Positions 1-9,810 are shown, counted from the first letter of the stretch. The stretch is DNA of 64,000 bases from a candidate division FCPU426 bacterium (GCA_963840035.1 CAWIXE010000002.1:416001-480000), one strand, 5' to 3'. Numbers and translations: made by a program. Notes: generated from the letters alone by a model not told the origin.

Positions 1-2
1 AG

Positions 3-572
3 ATTATTTCAAAAGAGCTTAAGAAAAACGGGTTAAAACCCGCTGATTTGGATATTTTTGCGTCTACGCTCGGGCCGGGTTCTTTTACGGGAATTAGGGT
101 GGGCATGGCTGTTATGAAAGGTTTTGCCCAGGCATTAAGAAAAAACTTCACCGGAGTTACTGTACTTGAGATACTTGCGGCTCCGTTTACCGGGCCGGTA
201 TGGCCGGTATTGGATGCGGGCAGGGGCGAAGTATATACGGCGTGTTTCGGCGGTAAAGCCGGTAAGAAAAAAGCAGGGCCCGTATTTATGCTGCTGACAA
301 AAGAGGCATTCATAAAAAAAGCCGGGAAAAGCCCGCAGGTCACCGGATTAAAGCGGGAAGGCGCCTGCGCGGAACTTTTAATGATGAACCCGGGCATTAA
401 GTATACGCAGCAGGAACACGTAAGTATGAAGGTGTTCGCGGAGCTGATTTCAAGGCAGAAGAATCCGCAAAAACGGGGGCTATACGATACAGCCCCGGTT
501 TATATCAGGCCGTCAGAAGCTGAAGCGTCATTAAAAAGAAGGAATAAAGAATCCCGAAAAGGGAAAAAATAA
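3..572 (+). CDS. tsaB: tRNA t6A biosynthesis protein TsaB (5'-truncated by window edge)
   Basis: GPGSFTGIRVG motif, LDAGRGEVY, C-terminal PVYIR; frame open from position 3. Confidence 0.9.
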   Translation: MISKELKKNGLKPADLDIFASTLGPGSFTGIRVGMAVMKGFAQALRKNFTGVTVLEILAAPFTGPVWPVLDAGRGEVYTACFGGKAGKKKAGPVFMLLTKEAFIKKAGKSPQVTGLKREGACAELLMMNPGIKYTQQEHVSMKVFAELISRQKNPQKRGLYDTAPVYIRPSEAEASLKRRNKESRKGKK

Positions 573-585
573 CACGGAGGAAATC

Positions 586-1290
586 ATGAAAAAATTTATG
601 TTAACTGCGGCGGCGTGCCTATTTATGTTTGGAGCGGCATATGGAGCGCCGGCAGAGGATGACGAAACGCCAAGGGTATTTAACGTAAAAGCGGATGCGG
701 CAGCGGTAACGGGTTCTGCAAGCGGCGCGGATACCGCCTCCGAAGCGCCCGCAAAGAAGGAAAAAATAATCCAGGCAGGGGCCCTTGAAAAAATAGAGGG
801 AGACAGATACATTTTAAGAAAAATACAGACAAGGCTGGACTTTTATGTCACGGATGCCACTAAATTCTTCACTAAATCCGACGGTTCCATAAATGACCTT
901 AATGACAGGTGCTATGTTGACTTAAGGGGGCCGAGGAATAAAAAAGCCATTCTGGCGAATACGATTTACATTTACCCGGATAAAAAGACTTATGATGATA
1001 TGGTTGATAAAGAGACATCAGCGGCGGCCGCATCAGGTAAAAAGACCTTTTCAGCGCCCCTTACAGGCGTAGTAAAACAAAAAGAGCCGCTCATCATAGT
1101 TACTGATGACAGGACTGAATACCTCGTATGCCCGGATGAAGATACCGTGTGGCAGAATAACAAGCCGGCGGATAAAAGTGAGATGATAGCCGGCGACAGG
1201 ATAAAGACATATTTTGACAAAAGGCTTTCGGTTCGGTATAAAAGCGAGGCTGTAAAAGTTGTAATAGATAAGTCAAAACAAGGTCTTTAG
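586..1290 (+). CDS. Secreted hypothetical protein, possibly two DUF5666-like small beta domains
   Basis: GGAGG RBS, N-terminal signal peptide, two repeats of a T..F/W....G.I..L...D-like pattern. Confidence 0.6.
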   Translation: MKKFMLTAAACLFMFGAAYGAPAEDDETPRVFNVKADAAAVTGSASGADTASEAPAKKEKIIQAGALEKIEGDRYILRKIQTRLDFYVTDATKFFTKSDGSINDLNDRCYVDLRGPRNKKAILANTIYIYPDKKTYDDMVDKETSAAAASGKKTFSAPLTGVVKQKEPLIIVTDDRTEYLVCPDEDTVWQNNKPADKSEMIAGDRIKTYFDKRLSVRYKSEAVKVVIDKSKQGL

Positions 1291-1603
1291 GCCGGATTTT
1301 CAATTTTCTATTTTAAATTTTCAATTAACAGGCTGGAAACGTCCGGTTTGCGAACAAACACTTTATAGAAAATACTATATTTATATGGCTAAAATCGTAT
1401 TACTAAAAGATGTATCCCTTTGTAAAACAAAAATAGCCATCCAGTGGTACAATTTCAATTTAAAGACTATTATGCCGCATTGTGAAACCAAAAGAATAAA
1501 CCCCATAAAATCCTATTGAAAAATATAATCTTACATTTATAATGATTAAGTTATAAATTAGGGACAACTAACATATATTTTGTTTCGTTCTTAAAGGAGC
1601 ATT

Positions 1604-2287
1604 ATGGAGGAATTTGATTATATACGAAAGAATATTGATGAAATACGCGGGAATATTTCAAAGTTGAAAAGTAATGCGGTAATACTCGGAGTATCAAAAA
1701 CTTTTAACGCAAAACTGATAGACGCGGCAGCAAGATGCGGAATAAATGAATTTGGCGAAAGCAAACTGCAGGAATCCATGTTAAAGATTCCTGAAGTTTC
1801 AGAAAACAGGGAAAATATAAAATGGCATTTTATAGGTCATTTACAGAGTAATAAAGCCGCAGGTGTGGTAAAACTATTCAATTGTGTGCAGTCAGTTGAC
1901 AGTATGAAACTGGCGGAAAAAATATCTTCCGCGGCAATTGCAGCAGGACAGTCAGTTGATTTACTGCTGGAACTGAAAGTATCGGGAGAAGAGTCGAAGT
2001 ACGGGCTTAATCCGGAAGAAATTGCTGAAATTGCAGGGCGGGTTGAAACCTTACCGGGGATAAAACTGAAGGGAATTATGACAATGGCGCCGTATTCGGA
2101 TAACGCGCAAGACGCGAGGCCGTATTTCAGGAAGGCGCGCGCTGTTTTTGAAGCGCTGAGGAGCTCACGCAAGGGATTTGACATACTTTCAATGGGAATG
2201 AGCGGGGATTATATTACCGCGCTGGAAGAGGGAAGCACCATGGTGAGGATCGGGACGGGGTTGTTCGGGAAGCGGAATTATAAATAA
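1604..2287 (+). CDS. yggS: YggS family PLP homeostasis protein
   Basis: GVSKT, WHFIGHLQSNK, LSMGMSGDY, VRIGTGLFG motifs. Confidence 0.95.
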   Translation: MEEFDYIRKNIDEIRGNISKLKSNAVILGVSKTFNAKLIDAAARCGINEFGESKLQESMLKIPEVSENRENIKWHFIGHLQSNKAAGVVKLFNCVQSVDSMKLAEKISSAAIAAGQSVDLLLELKVSGEESKYGLNPEEIAEIAGRVETLPGIKLKGIMTMAPYSDNAQDARPYFRKARAVFEALRSSRKGFDILSMGMSGDYITALEEGSTMVRIGTGLFGKRNYK

Positions 2288-2346
2288 TAAAATTACCAAT
2301 TACCAATGACGAATTACTAATAAATTACAACTGCATGGAGGATTTA

Positions 2347-3159
2347 GTGGACAGGAAAAATATAGGGTTTATCGGAGCGGGAAACATGGCCCAGGCTATC
2401 ATAAAAGGGCTGGTTAATTCGCCTTTAAAAAAGAAGCTGTCCGTAAGCGCGTATGATGTAAATTCAAAGCTTCTTGGCGCGGTATGCTCAAAATTAAAGA
2501 TTAAGAAGGCATCATCAAATATTGAAATGGCAAAAAAAAGCGGCATCCTTTTTCTGGCGGTAAAACCGCAGGCTGTGGCCGAGGTGCTTGGCACGCTCAA
2601 AGGCGTTGTAACAAAAAACCACCTGATAATAAGCATCGCGGCGGGAATATCAATATCAAAAATACAGCTGCTTCTTGGAGTCAAATGCCCGGTTGTCAGG
2701 GTCATGCCAAATACCCCGGCGCTTGTAGGCGAGGGAGCGGCAGGTTATTCATTTAGTTACGGGGTATCCGTAAAAGATAAAAAAATATCCGGAGAAATTC
2801 TGTCATCCTTTTGCAAGGTTATGGTGGGCCTCCCTGAAGAAGATATAAATATTGTCACGGCCATAAGCGGCAGCGGGCCGGCATATGTGTTTTATTTTGC
2901 GGAAGCCATGCTGAAAGCGGCGGCTGAGCTGGGTTTTGACGCCGTTAAAGCAAAGGAACTCATAATACAGACATTTATAGGATCGGCAAAACTTATGAAG
3001 GACAGTAAGGATACCCCGGAATTGCTCCGTCAGAAAGTTACTTCAAAGGGCGGTACCACGGAAAAAGCCATAAGCATAATGGATGCCGCGGGCGTCCTTG
3101 AGTCCATACGTATCGCCGTAAAATCGGCAAAAGCAAAGGCGGATGAACTTGGAAAATAA
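2347..3159 (+). CDS. proC: Pyrroline-5-carboxylate reductase
   Basis: IGFIGAGNMA, RVMPNTP, SGSGPAY, VTSKGGTT; GTG start chosen after GGAGG at 2337-2341. Confidence 0.95.
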   Translation: MDRKNIGFIGAGNMAQAIIKGLVNSPLKKKLSVSAYDVNSKLLGAVCSKLKIKKASSNIEMAKKSGILFLAVKPQAVAEVLGTLKGVVTKNHLIISIAAGISISKIQLLLGVKCPVVRVMPNTPALVGEGAAGYSFSYGVSVKDKKISGEILSSFCKVMVGLPEEDINIVTAISGSGPAYVFYFAEAMLKAAAELGFDAVKAKELIIQTFIGSAKLMKDSKDTPELLRQKVTSKGGTTEKAISIMDAAGVLESIRIAVKSAKAKADELGK

Positions 3160-3445
3160 TTCATTGAGGACCCTGTTAATCGACATAGTCCAGGGCGTTG
3201 CCACGCTCTATATGATGCTTGTCATGATCAGGGTTTTGATGACTTGGTTAAGGCAGGACGTACTCGCGCAGTATCATAAGTTTTTTGCTTTTGTTGCGTC
3301 CCTGACAGACCCGTTTCTGAACTTTATTCGCAGGATCTTTCCATTTGCCATCGGCAGGGTGGATTTTTCGCCCGTACTGGCGTTAATTATTGTGGAACTT
3401 GTAAAGTACGGTATCATACGGCTTTTTATACTGCTCATAAAATGA
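3143..3445 (+). CDS. yggT: YggT family membrane protein
   Basis: LTDPFL...R...DFSP motif; yggS-proC context. Confidence 0.85.
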   Translation: MNLENNSLRTLLIDIVQGVATLYMMLVMIRVLMTWLRQDVLAQYHKFFAFVASLTDPFLNFIRRIFPFAIGRVDFSPVLALIIVELVKYGIIRLFILLIK

Positions 3446-3726
3446 TAGCGCTTAAACGGGCTGATGGCGGCATTTTAATGCCGGTTAAAGTCATTCCGGG
3501 CGCGTCAAAAAATGAAATATGCGGCGAGATAAACGGCAGCTTAAAGGTCAAGATTACCGCCGCCCCGGAAAAAGGAAAGGCGAACGCAGAGCTGGAGGAT
3601 TTTTTGGCAGGCGTATTAGGGGTCAAGCGCGCCGCAGTTGAAGTGGTAAAAGGCGGAAAAGCACGGCTGAAAAGCGTATTTATAAGGAACATTTCAATGG
3701 AAGACGCGCTAAAAATATTAAAGTGA
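3442..3726 (+). CDS. yggU: DUF167 (YggU) family protein
   Basis: VKVIPGAS, AAPEKGKAN, V.VVKG...R.K motifs. Confidence 0.9.
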   Translation: MIALKRADGGILMPVKVIPGASKNEICGEINGSLKVKITAAPEKGKANAELEDFLAGVLGVKRAAVEVVKGGKARLKSVFIRNISMEDALKILK

Positions 3727-3734
3727 GGTGTGTC

Positions 3735-4598
3735 ATGGCGAAACAAAAAGCAAAGAAATCAAAAGACTCAAAGGCCGGGCTTAAGGCAATGATAGCGGCG
3801 TCAGCGGCGAAAATCAGAAAAGAGGTCCCGAAATTCAAACCTGAGATAGGAATAATACTTGGGACCGGGCTTGGAGCGCTCGCAAAAGAGATAAAAACAT
3901 TTAAGTCAATACCTTATGAAAAGATACCTCATTTCCCGGTTTCCACTGTGGAAACACATCACGGAATGCTCGTGTGCGGAGAGCTTGAAGGACGCCAGGT
4001 TGTGGCCATGCAGGGAAGGTTTCACAGGTACGAAGGCTACTCATACCAGGAAATAACTTTCCCGGTAAGGGTTATGAAAGAGCTGGGGGTAAAAACACTC
4101 CTTATTTCAAACGCGGCAGGCGGGTTAAACCTTAAATTCATGGCGCCAAGTCTTGTGATAATTGAAGACCATATAAGCCTTTTAATGGACGGAAATCCGC
4201 TGATAGGGCCCAATGACAATGACCTCGGGCCGCGCTGGCCTGATATGCTCGAGACGTACTCAAAAGACCTGATAAAATTAACCCAGCAGGCCGCGGCAGA
4301 CCTCGGCATAAGGGTTGAAAAAGGCGTTTATGTGGCTGTCACAGGGCCGAACTTTGAGACCAGGGCGGAATACAGGATGCTAAATAAAATGGCGGATGTA
4401 GTCGGAATGTCGACTGTGCCCGAGGTGATAGTGGCCGTGCACTCGGGGATGAAGGTCATGGGCATTTCAGTTGTGACAGATATGTGCGACCCGGATAACC
4501 TCGAGCCGACGGACATAAAGAAGATCATAAATAACGCGGCAGTAACAGAACCTAAACTTACAAAGTTAATGAAGGAAGTTGTAAAGAGGATTAAGTAA
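3735..4598 (+). CDS. punA: Purine nucleoside phosphorylase (trimeric PunA/XapA type)
   Basis: IILGTGLG, QGRFHRYEG, SNAAGG, GPNFET, VGMSTVPE. Confidence 0.9.
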   Translation: MAKQKAKKSKDSKAGLKAMIAASAAKIRKEVPKFKPEIGIILGTGLGALAKEIKTFKSIPYEKIPHFPVSTVETHHGMLVCGELEGRQVVAMQGRFHRYEGYSYQEITFPVRVMKELGVKTLLISNAAGGLNLKFMAPSLVIIEDHISLLMDGNPLIGPNDNDLGPRWPDMLETYSKDLIKLTQQAAADLGIRVEKGVYVAVTGPNFETRAEYRMLNKMADVVGMSTVPEVIVAVHSGMKVMGISVVTDMCDPDNLEPTDIKKIINNAAVTEPKLTKLMKEVVKRIK

Positions 4599-4700
4599 TG
4601 GTGGCATGTGGTAAGTGGCAGGTGATATGTGAAGTGCGGAAACGAAATTCACGTACCACTTAACACGAATCACTTACCACTTATTTTAAGGAGGTCTTAA

Positions 4701-5765
4701 ATGAAAGAATTTTCGCCTATAGAATGGAAAAATTATCACCTGCATGTGCTTGACCAGACGCTGCTTCCTTTTCAAAAAAAGGAGATCATCTGCAGGACTT
4801 ATAAGGATGTGGCCACGTGTATAAAGGACATGAACCTGCGCGGCGCGCCTTTAATAGGGATAGCGGCGGCCTTTGCGCTTGCCATGGTGGTTAAAAGCGC
4901 CGGAAGCGCCGGTTATGACAAATTATCAAAGGAACTATATAAAGCCGGGGAAGAGCTTATAAAGACCAGGCCTACGGCAGTTAACCTGAAGTGGGCCGTC
5001 GACAGGATGCTTAAGCTCATGGAAACAAACAGGGAACGCAGGGTTGAAAGCTTAAAGGACCTTTTAATAGCCGAAGCCGTTAAAATATACAAGGAAGACC
5101 TTGAAAACAATAAACTCATAGGCAAATACGGTTCCGAGCTGATCAGGGAAAAAGATACTGTGCTTACCCACTGCAACGCGGGGGCGCTGGCTACCGCCGG
5201 TTACGGCACCGCGCTCGGCGTAATCCGCGCCGCGCACGCGAAAAAGAAAAAGATAACGGTATTTGTGGATGAAACAAGGCCTTACCTTCAGGGCGCCAGG
5301 CTTACTGCCTTTGAAATGGCGGAGGAAAAAATACCGCATTTTCTCATCACCGATAACATGGCCGGGTATTTCATGTCAAAAGGAAAGATAAACGTGGTCG
5401 TGGTCGGGGCGGACAGGATTACCGCGAACGGCGATGTGGCAAATAAGATAGGCACGTATTCGCTCGCGGTTTTGGCGTACGCCAATAAGATACCGTTTTA
5501 CGTAGCCGCGCCTTCGTCAACCATAGATTTCAGCCTGAAAACAGGTGAACAAATCCCCATAGAAATGAGAAGCGAGGATGAGGTAAAGAAAATATTCGGA
5601 AAAGACATTACCTGCAAGAAGACAAGGGCGCTCCACCCGGCTTTTGATGTTACGCCTTCAAAATATATAAGCGCGATTATCACTGAAAAAGGCGTGATCA
5701 GGGCGCCATATGACGTAAACCTTGAAAAAGTAATACTAAACAAAGAGGTTATAGCGAGCATATGA
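4701..5765 (+). CDS. mtnA: S-methyl-5-thioribose-1-phosphate isomerase
   Basis: RGAPLIG, RPTAVNL, LTHCNAGALAT, ETRPYLQGARLT, NKIGTY. Confidence 0.95.
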   Translation: MKEFSPIEWKNYHLHVLDQTLLPFQKKEIICRTYKDVATCIKDMNLRGAPLIGIAAAFALAMVVKSAGSAGYDKLSKELYKAGEELIKTRPTAVNLKWAVDRMLKLMETNRERRVESLKDLLIAEAVKIYKEDLENNKLIGKYGSELIREKDTVLTHCNAGALATAGYGTALGVIRAAHAKKKKITVFVDETRPYLQGARLTAFEMAEEKIPHFLITDNMAGYFMSKGKINVVVVGADRITANGDVANKIGTYSLAVLAYANKIPFYVAAPSSTIDFSLKTGEQIPIEMRSEDEVKKIFGKDITCKKTRALHPAFDVTPSKYISAIITEKGVIRAPYDVNLEKVILNKEVIASI

Positions 5766-6184
5766 GCGACGGATGGCTCGACGACCGGTACTGCTTTGCC
5801 TGCGGTGAAAAGAACCCCATAGGAATGCACCTTCATTTTACCCTTACAGAAGGCGGAATTGAGGCGAAATACGCCTTTCCAAAGGAAATGCAGGGATATA
5901 AAGACACCGTCCATGGAGGAATGATATCTTTACTTTTGGATGAAGTTATGGTAAATTTACCGTGGCTTAAAAACAAACTTCCCGTGGTAAGCGCGGATAT
6001 CAGGGTAAAGCTGAAAAAGCCGCTTAGAATCGGGGAGAAAGTAACGACAAAAGCCTGGATAGACAGGCAGAAGAAAAAGTTATACTGGATAAAGAGCGTG
6101 CTAACGCGTGATTCGGACGGCGTGGTAATGGCGGAAGCCGAAGCCACATGCGTGCAGGTGGACGCGAGCCAATTAAATCAGTAA
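5762..6184 (+). CDS. PaaI/hotdog thioesterase
   Basis: CFACGEKNPIG and HGGMISLLLDE motifs. Confidence 0.85.
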   Translation: MSDGWLDDRYCFACGEKNPIGMHLHFTLTEGGIEAKYAFPKEMQGYKDTVHGGMISLLLDEVMVNLPWLKNKLPVVSADIRVKLKKPLRIGEKVTTKAWIDRQKKKLYWIKSVLTRDSDGVVMAEAEATCVQVDASQLNQ

Positions 6185-6280
6185 TTGCTGATAGTTGATT
6201 GTAGATTGCGGATTGATGCTTTTTAATCCGCAATCTACAATTTACAATCAAAAATAACAAATAAACAAACGGAGGTTTTC

Positions 6281-6370
6281 ATGGGAAGCGGAAAGAAAAG
6301 GCATGCATGGAAGATCAAGACACACAAAAGAAAAAAACACCGTAGAAAAACCAGATTTACAAACAAATAA
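6281..6370 (+). CDS. 29-aa basic protein, bS22 / AURKAIP1-COX24 (mS38)-like small ribosomal protein; absent from the ORF track
   Basis: GGAGG RBS at 6271-6275; MGSGKKRHAWKIKTHKRKKHRRKTRFTNK* fits the M-x-S/C-GKKR..K...HKRKK..RK.R pattern. Confidence 0.75.
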   Translation: MGSGKKRHAWKIKTHKRKKHRRKTRFTNK

Positions 6371-6459
6371 TTGACAATTGATAATTGCCAGCGGGCTATT
6401 CCCTTAAGTTAAACCGGGGCGGCCGGTTGTCGATGGAAAATTGTGTGGCGGAGGATATC

Positions 6460-7209
6460 ATGTCAGGACATTCAAAATGGGCGACCATTAAACGCAAAAA
6501 AGCCATAACAGACTCCAAGAGAGGCGCTGCTTTTACAAAAATCATCAGGGAAATTACTGTCGCCGCCAAAACAGGCGGGGATCCGAACAGTAATGCCCGG
6601 TTGAGGACTATAATTGAAAAGGCCAAAGCGGTCAATATGCCCGCGGACAATATTAAAAAGGCCATTCAAAAAGGCACGGGCGAGCTTCCGGGAGTTTCAT
6701 ATGAGGAGATTACATACGAGGCGTACGGGCCCGCGGGCGTTGCCGTGCTTATCAATATATTAACGGATAACAAGAACCGCTCGGCTGCAGACATGCGCGC
6801 GCTGCTTCAGAAACATAACGGCAGCATGGGTTCCTCAGGCTCGGTTGCATGGCAGTTTGAGCTGAAAGGTTTTATTTCAGTCCCGAAGGACAGCATTGAT
6901 GAAGACAGTCTCATGGAAGTGGCGCTTGAAGCCGGGGCTCAGGACATAAAGACCGAGGATGATTCATACGACATAGTAACGGAACCATCTGATTTTGAGA
7001 AGGTAAAAAAGGGCCTTGAAGCCAAAAGCGTTAAAATGACCACGGCTGAAGTGACTATGGTGCCTAAAAACTACGTTAAACTTGCCGGCAGGGACGCGGA
7101 AAAAATGCTCAACCTTATGAATGACCTTGAAGACAGCGAAGATGTTTCAAATGTATACTCAAATTTTGACATATCAAAGGAAGAAATGGATAAGTTGGGC
7201 GGAGAATAA
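6460..7209 (+). CDS. yebC: YebC/PmpR family protein
   Basis: MSGHSKWATIKRKK start, YEAYGPAGV, TDNKNR, C-terminal DVSNVYSN. Confidence 0.95.
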   Translation: MSGHSKWATIKRKKAITDSKRGAAFTKIIREITVAAKTGGDPNSNARLRTIIEKAKAVNMPADNIKKAIQKGTGELPGVSYEEITYEAYGPAGVAVLINILTDNKNRSAADMRALLQKHNGSMGSSGSVAWQFELKGFISVPKDSIDEDSLMEVALEAGAQDIKTEDDSYDIVTEPSDFEKVKKGLEAKSVKMTTAEVTMVPKNYVKLAGRDAEKMLNLMNDLEDSEDVSNVYSNFDISKEEMDKLGGE

Positions 7210-7255
7210 GCAAATACAATTTTAAATTTTATATTTGAAATTTTCAATTGAGTTC

Positions 7256-7284
7256 AAAAGGGCGGTGAAAACCGCCCTTTTTTT
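7256..7284 (+). terminator. Intrinsic terminator, probably bidirectional
   Basis: AAAAGGGCGG-TGAAAA-CCGCCCTTTTTTT. Confidence 0.85.
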
Positions 7285-7307
7285 ATTTTGGTTGTGGTAA
7301 AATGCTG

Positions 7308-7367
7308 TTAGTCGCAGCATTTAGGCTGCGCAAGGCCGGCCTCTCGCAACCTGAAGGTTGCGGCTAC
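7308..7367. repeat. Inverted REP doublet, GTAGCCGCAACCT type
   Basis: Two hairpins, the second ending CTAC; same type at 17181-17248. Confidence 0.75.
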
Positions 7368-7392
7368 CAAAGCTTAAAGGAAAGAGGACTTT

Positions 7393-8310
7393 ATGACATA
7401 CAAATACTACTTTTCATTAAATGATTACTTTAAAAGCAAATACAGCAACCGCATACAGAAAATTACCGTTTCGCTGCCTTTTACCTGTCCTCACATAGAA
7501 GACGGATCAGGCGGGTGCGCTTACTGCCATAAGGGGAGCATGCCGCCGGGGGCTGATGTGTCCATACCGCTGGCAAAGCAGATAATGCACGGGATAATAT
7601 CGGGCAAAAAACGTTATGGCGATGGTACGGGGTTCATTGTCTATTACCAGACCTATACCAATACGAACGCGCCCCTGGACAAGCTTAAGGAAATTTATGA
7701 CGAGGCTTTCAACCATCCGGATATCATCGGCATTGATGTGGGCACAAGGCCTGACTGCGCGGGCGACGATGTCCTTAAGCTCCTGAAGTCGTATGAAAAA
7801 GATGGCGCGGAAGTGTGGCTTGAACTTGGCCTGCAGTCGGCAAACAATAAAACACTTGCTGAGATCAACAGGCGCCATACGGTTGAGGATTTTACCGACG
7901 CGGCGGTCCGGTCAAAAAAAGCCGGTTTAAAAATCATAGCCCATATGATGGTGGGCCTTCCGGGTGAGACGCATACGGATTTTATGGCAACGGCGAAACT
8001 GATAGCTTCGCTTGGATTTTTCGGGATTAAGATACACCCCCTGTATGTCATGGAAGGGACAGCGCTGGGGGATAGATACGCGAAAAAACCTTTTGAAATA
8101 TTGAAGATTGACGAATATGTTAAAGCGCTGGCTGATATTATTGAAGTGCTGCCGCAGGAAATGGTTGTTATGAGGTTTACGGCTGAGGGCGGTGAAAAGC
8201 AGCTCATAGCCCCGAATTATTGCAGGCCGGAATACAAGCTGAAGATAAAGGACATGCTTTTACAGGAGCTAATGAACAGGGGAACAAAACAGGGAAGCAA
8301 GTACATATAA
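7393..8310 (+). CDS. TIGR01212 (YhcC-like) radical SAM protein
   Basis: FTCP...GGCAYC, YYQTYTNT, GTRPDC, ELGLQSA, IKIHPL. Confidence 0.9.
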   Translation: MTYKYYFSLNDYFKSKYSNRIQKITVSLPFTCPHIEDGSGGCAYCHKGSMPPGADVSIPLAKQIMHGIISGKKRYGDGTGFIVYYQTYTNTNAPLDKLKEIYDEAFNHPDIIGIDVGTRPDCAGDDVLKLLKSYEKDGAEVWLELGLQSANNKTLAEINRRHTVEDFTDAAVRSKKAGLKIIAHMMVGLPGETHTDFMATAKLIASLGFFGIKIHPLYVMEGTALGDRYAKKPFEILKIDEYVKALADIIEVLPQEMVVMRFTAEGGEKQLIAPNYCRPEYKLKIKDMLLQELMNRGTKQGSKYI

Positions 8311-8371
8311 ACAAATTACTAATTACTAATGACCAATTACTAATTAGAACAATGAACGCGGGAGCTTTGTT

Positions 8372-9775
8372 ATGAATACCTATGAACGCACAGACGAAAA
8401 GACGCGAACGGCAGCCCTTATAGTATCCATGATAAGCGCGGTTGTTAATTCGCTTATGAATGCGTCACTGAATGTGGCGCTGCCGGTAATCGGCAGGGAA
8501 TTTTCCATGAATGCCGTATCGCTGGGCTGGGTGGGGACGGCAATGCTGCTGTCGTCATCGCTTTTTATCGTGCCTTTTGGAAGGCTGGCAGACATTTACG
8601 GAAGAAAAATGATGATGACCCTTGGCTCTATTATCTATTTTATCTCAAGTTTCTTCGGGGCGATATCGGTTAACGGCGATATGCTTATAGTTGTTAGGGT
8701 TATTCAGGGCATAGGCGGGGCAATGACTTTCGGCACAGGGGTTGCCATATTGACTTCTGTTTATCCGCCTGAGAAAAAAGGCTGGGCAATAGGATGGAAT
8801 GTTTCAGCCGTATATTTCGGGCTTGCTGCCGGGCCTTCCATCGGCGGGCTAATGACCGCGGCACTGGGCTGGCGTTCCATATTCTGGCTGAATGTAGGGC
8901 TCGGGTTGATTGCGGTAATACTGCTGATAACGCTTCTTAAGGGTGAATGGGCTGACGCTAAAGGGGAGAAACTTGATATACCCGGTTCTGTATTGCTAGG
9001 TTTGTCCATATGCCTCATGATATTTGGGTTAATGCGCGTGCCTTCAATGGAGAGCTGTTTTCTCATACCCGCATCCCTTATTTTACTTTTCATATTTATA
9101 AAGTATGAGGAGAGGCAGGCAGCGCCTGTTGTTAATGTGAAATTATTTGAATCAAACCACGCCTATGCTTTCGCAAACCTTGCAACGCTCATTAATTACA
9201 GCGCGGCTTCATCCGTGGCTTTTTTGCTGAATTTATACCTTCAATATGTCAAGGGCATGGACGCTAAAACCGCGGGATTCATCCTTATGGCGCAGCCGCT
9301 CGTGATGGTGACTTTTGCCCCGCTTGCCGGCAGGCTTTCGGATAAGGTTGACCCAGGCAGGGTGGCTTCAATAGGAATGGGACTGACAATGGCGGGGCTG
9401 GTTTTGTTTTCTTTCATAAACCAGGATACGCCTTTGCTTTACATTATAATAAGCCTGGTAGTCATAGGCGGCGGATACGCCCTGTTTTCATCGCCGAACA
9501 CGAACGCGGTAATGTCATCGGTTGAAAGAAAGTATTATGGCACCGCTTCAAGCATAGTAAGTACCATGCGCCAGATGGGGCAGATGACGGGCATGGCCAT
9601 CGGGACAATGATGATATCCATATTTGTGGGAAAAGTGCAGGTAACGCCGGAGAATCACGCGTCGCTTATAACAGCCATAAAATGGGCTTTTGGCATATCA
9701 ACAGTGCTTTGTTTTATGGGAGTCTTCGCGTCGCTGGTAAGGGCGAAGAAAAATATTTCTGCCGTAGTTAAGTAG
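8372..9775 (+). CDS. MFS transporter, DHA2-like
   Basis: GRLADIYGRK motif A, about 14 hydrophobic segments, FSSPNTNAVMS. Confidence 0.9.
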   Translation: MNTYERTDEKTRTAALIVSMISAVVNSLMNASLNVALPVIGREFSMNAVSLGWVGTAMLLSSSLFIVPFGRLADIYGRKMMMTLGSIIYFISSFFGAISVNGDMLIVVRVIQGIGGAMTFGTGVAILTSVYPPEKKGWAIGWNVSAVYFGLAAGPSIGGLMTAALGWRSIFWLNVGLGLIAVILLITLLKGEWADAKGEKLDIPGSVLLGLSICLMIFGLMRVPSMESCFLIPASLILLFIFIKYEERQAAPVVNVKLFESNHAYAFANLATLINYSAASSVAFLLNLYLQYVKGMDAKTAGFILMAQPLVMVTFAPLAGRLSDKVDPGRVASIGMGLTMAGLVLFSFINQDTPLLYIIISLVVIGGGYALFSSPNTNAVMSSVERKYYGTASSIVSTMRQMGQMTGMAIGTMMISIFVGKVQVTPENHASLITAIKWAFGISTVLCFMGVFASLVRAKKNISAVVK

Positions 9776-9810
9776 AAAGTTTGGTTTTATAATTGAAAAA
9801 GGATGTAACA

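Noticed and set aside
1385..1519. 44-aa ORF in the AT-rich spacer upstream of yggS
   Set aside because: No RBS or recognisable features; it overlaps a likely promoter region.
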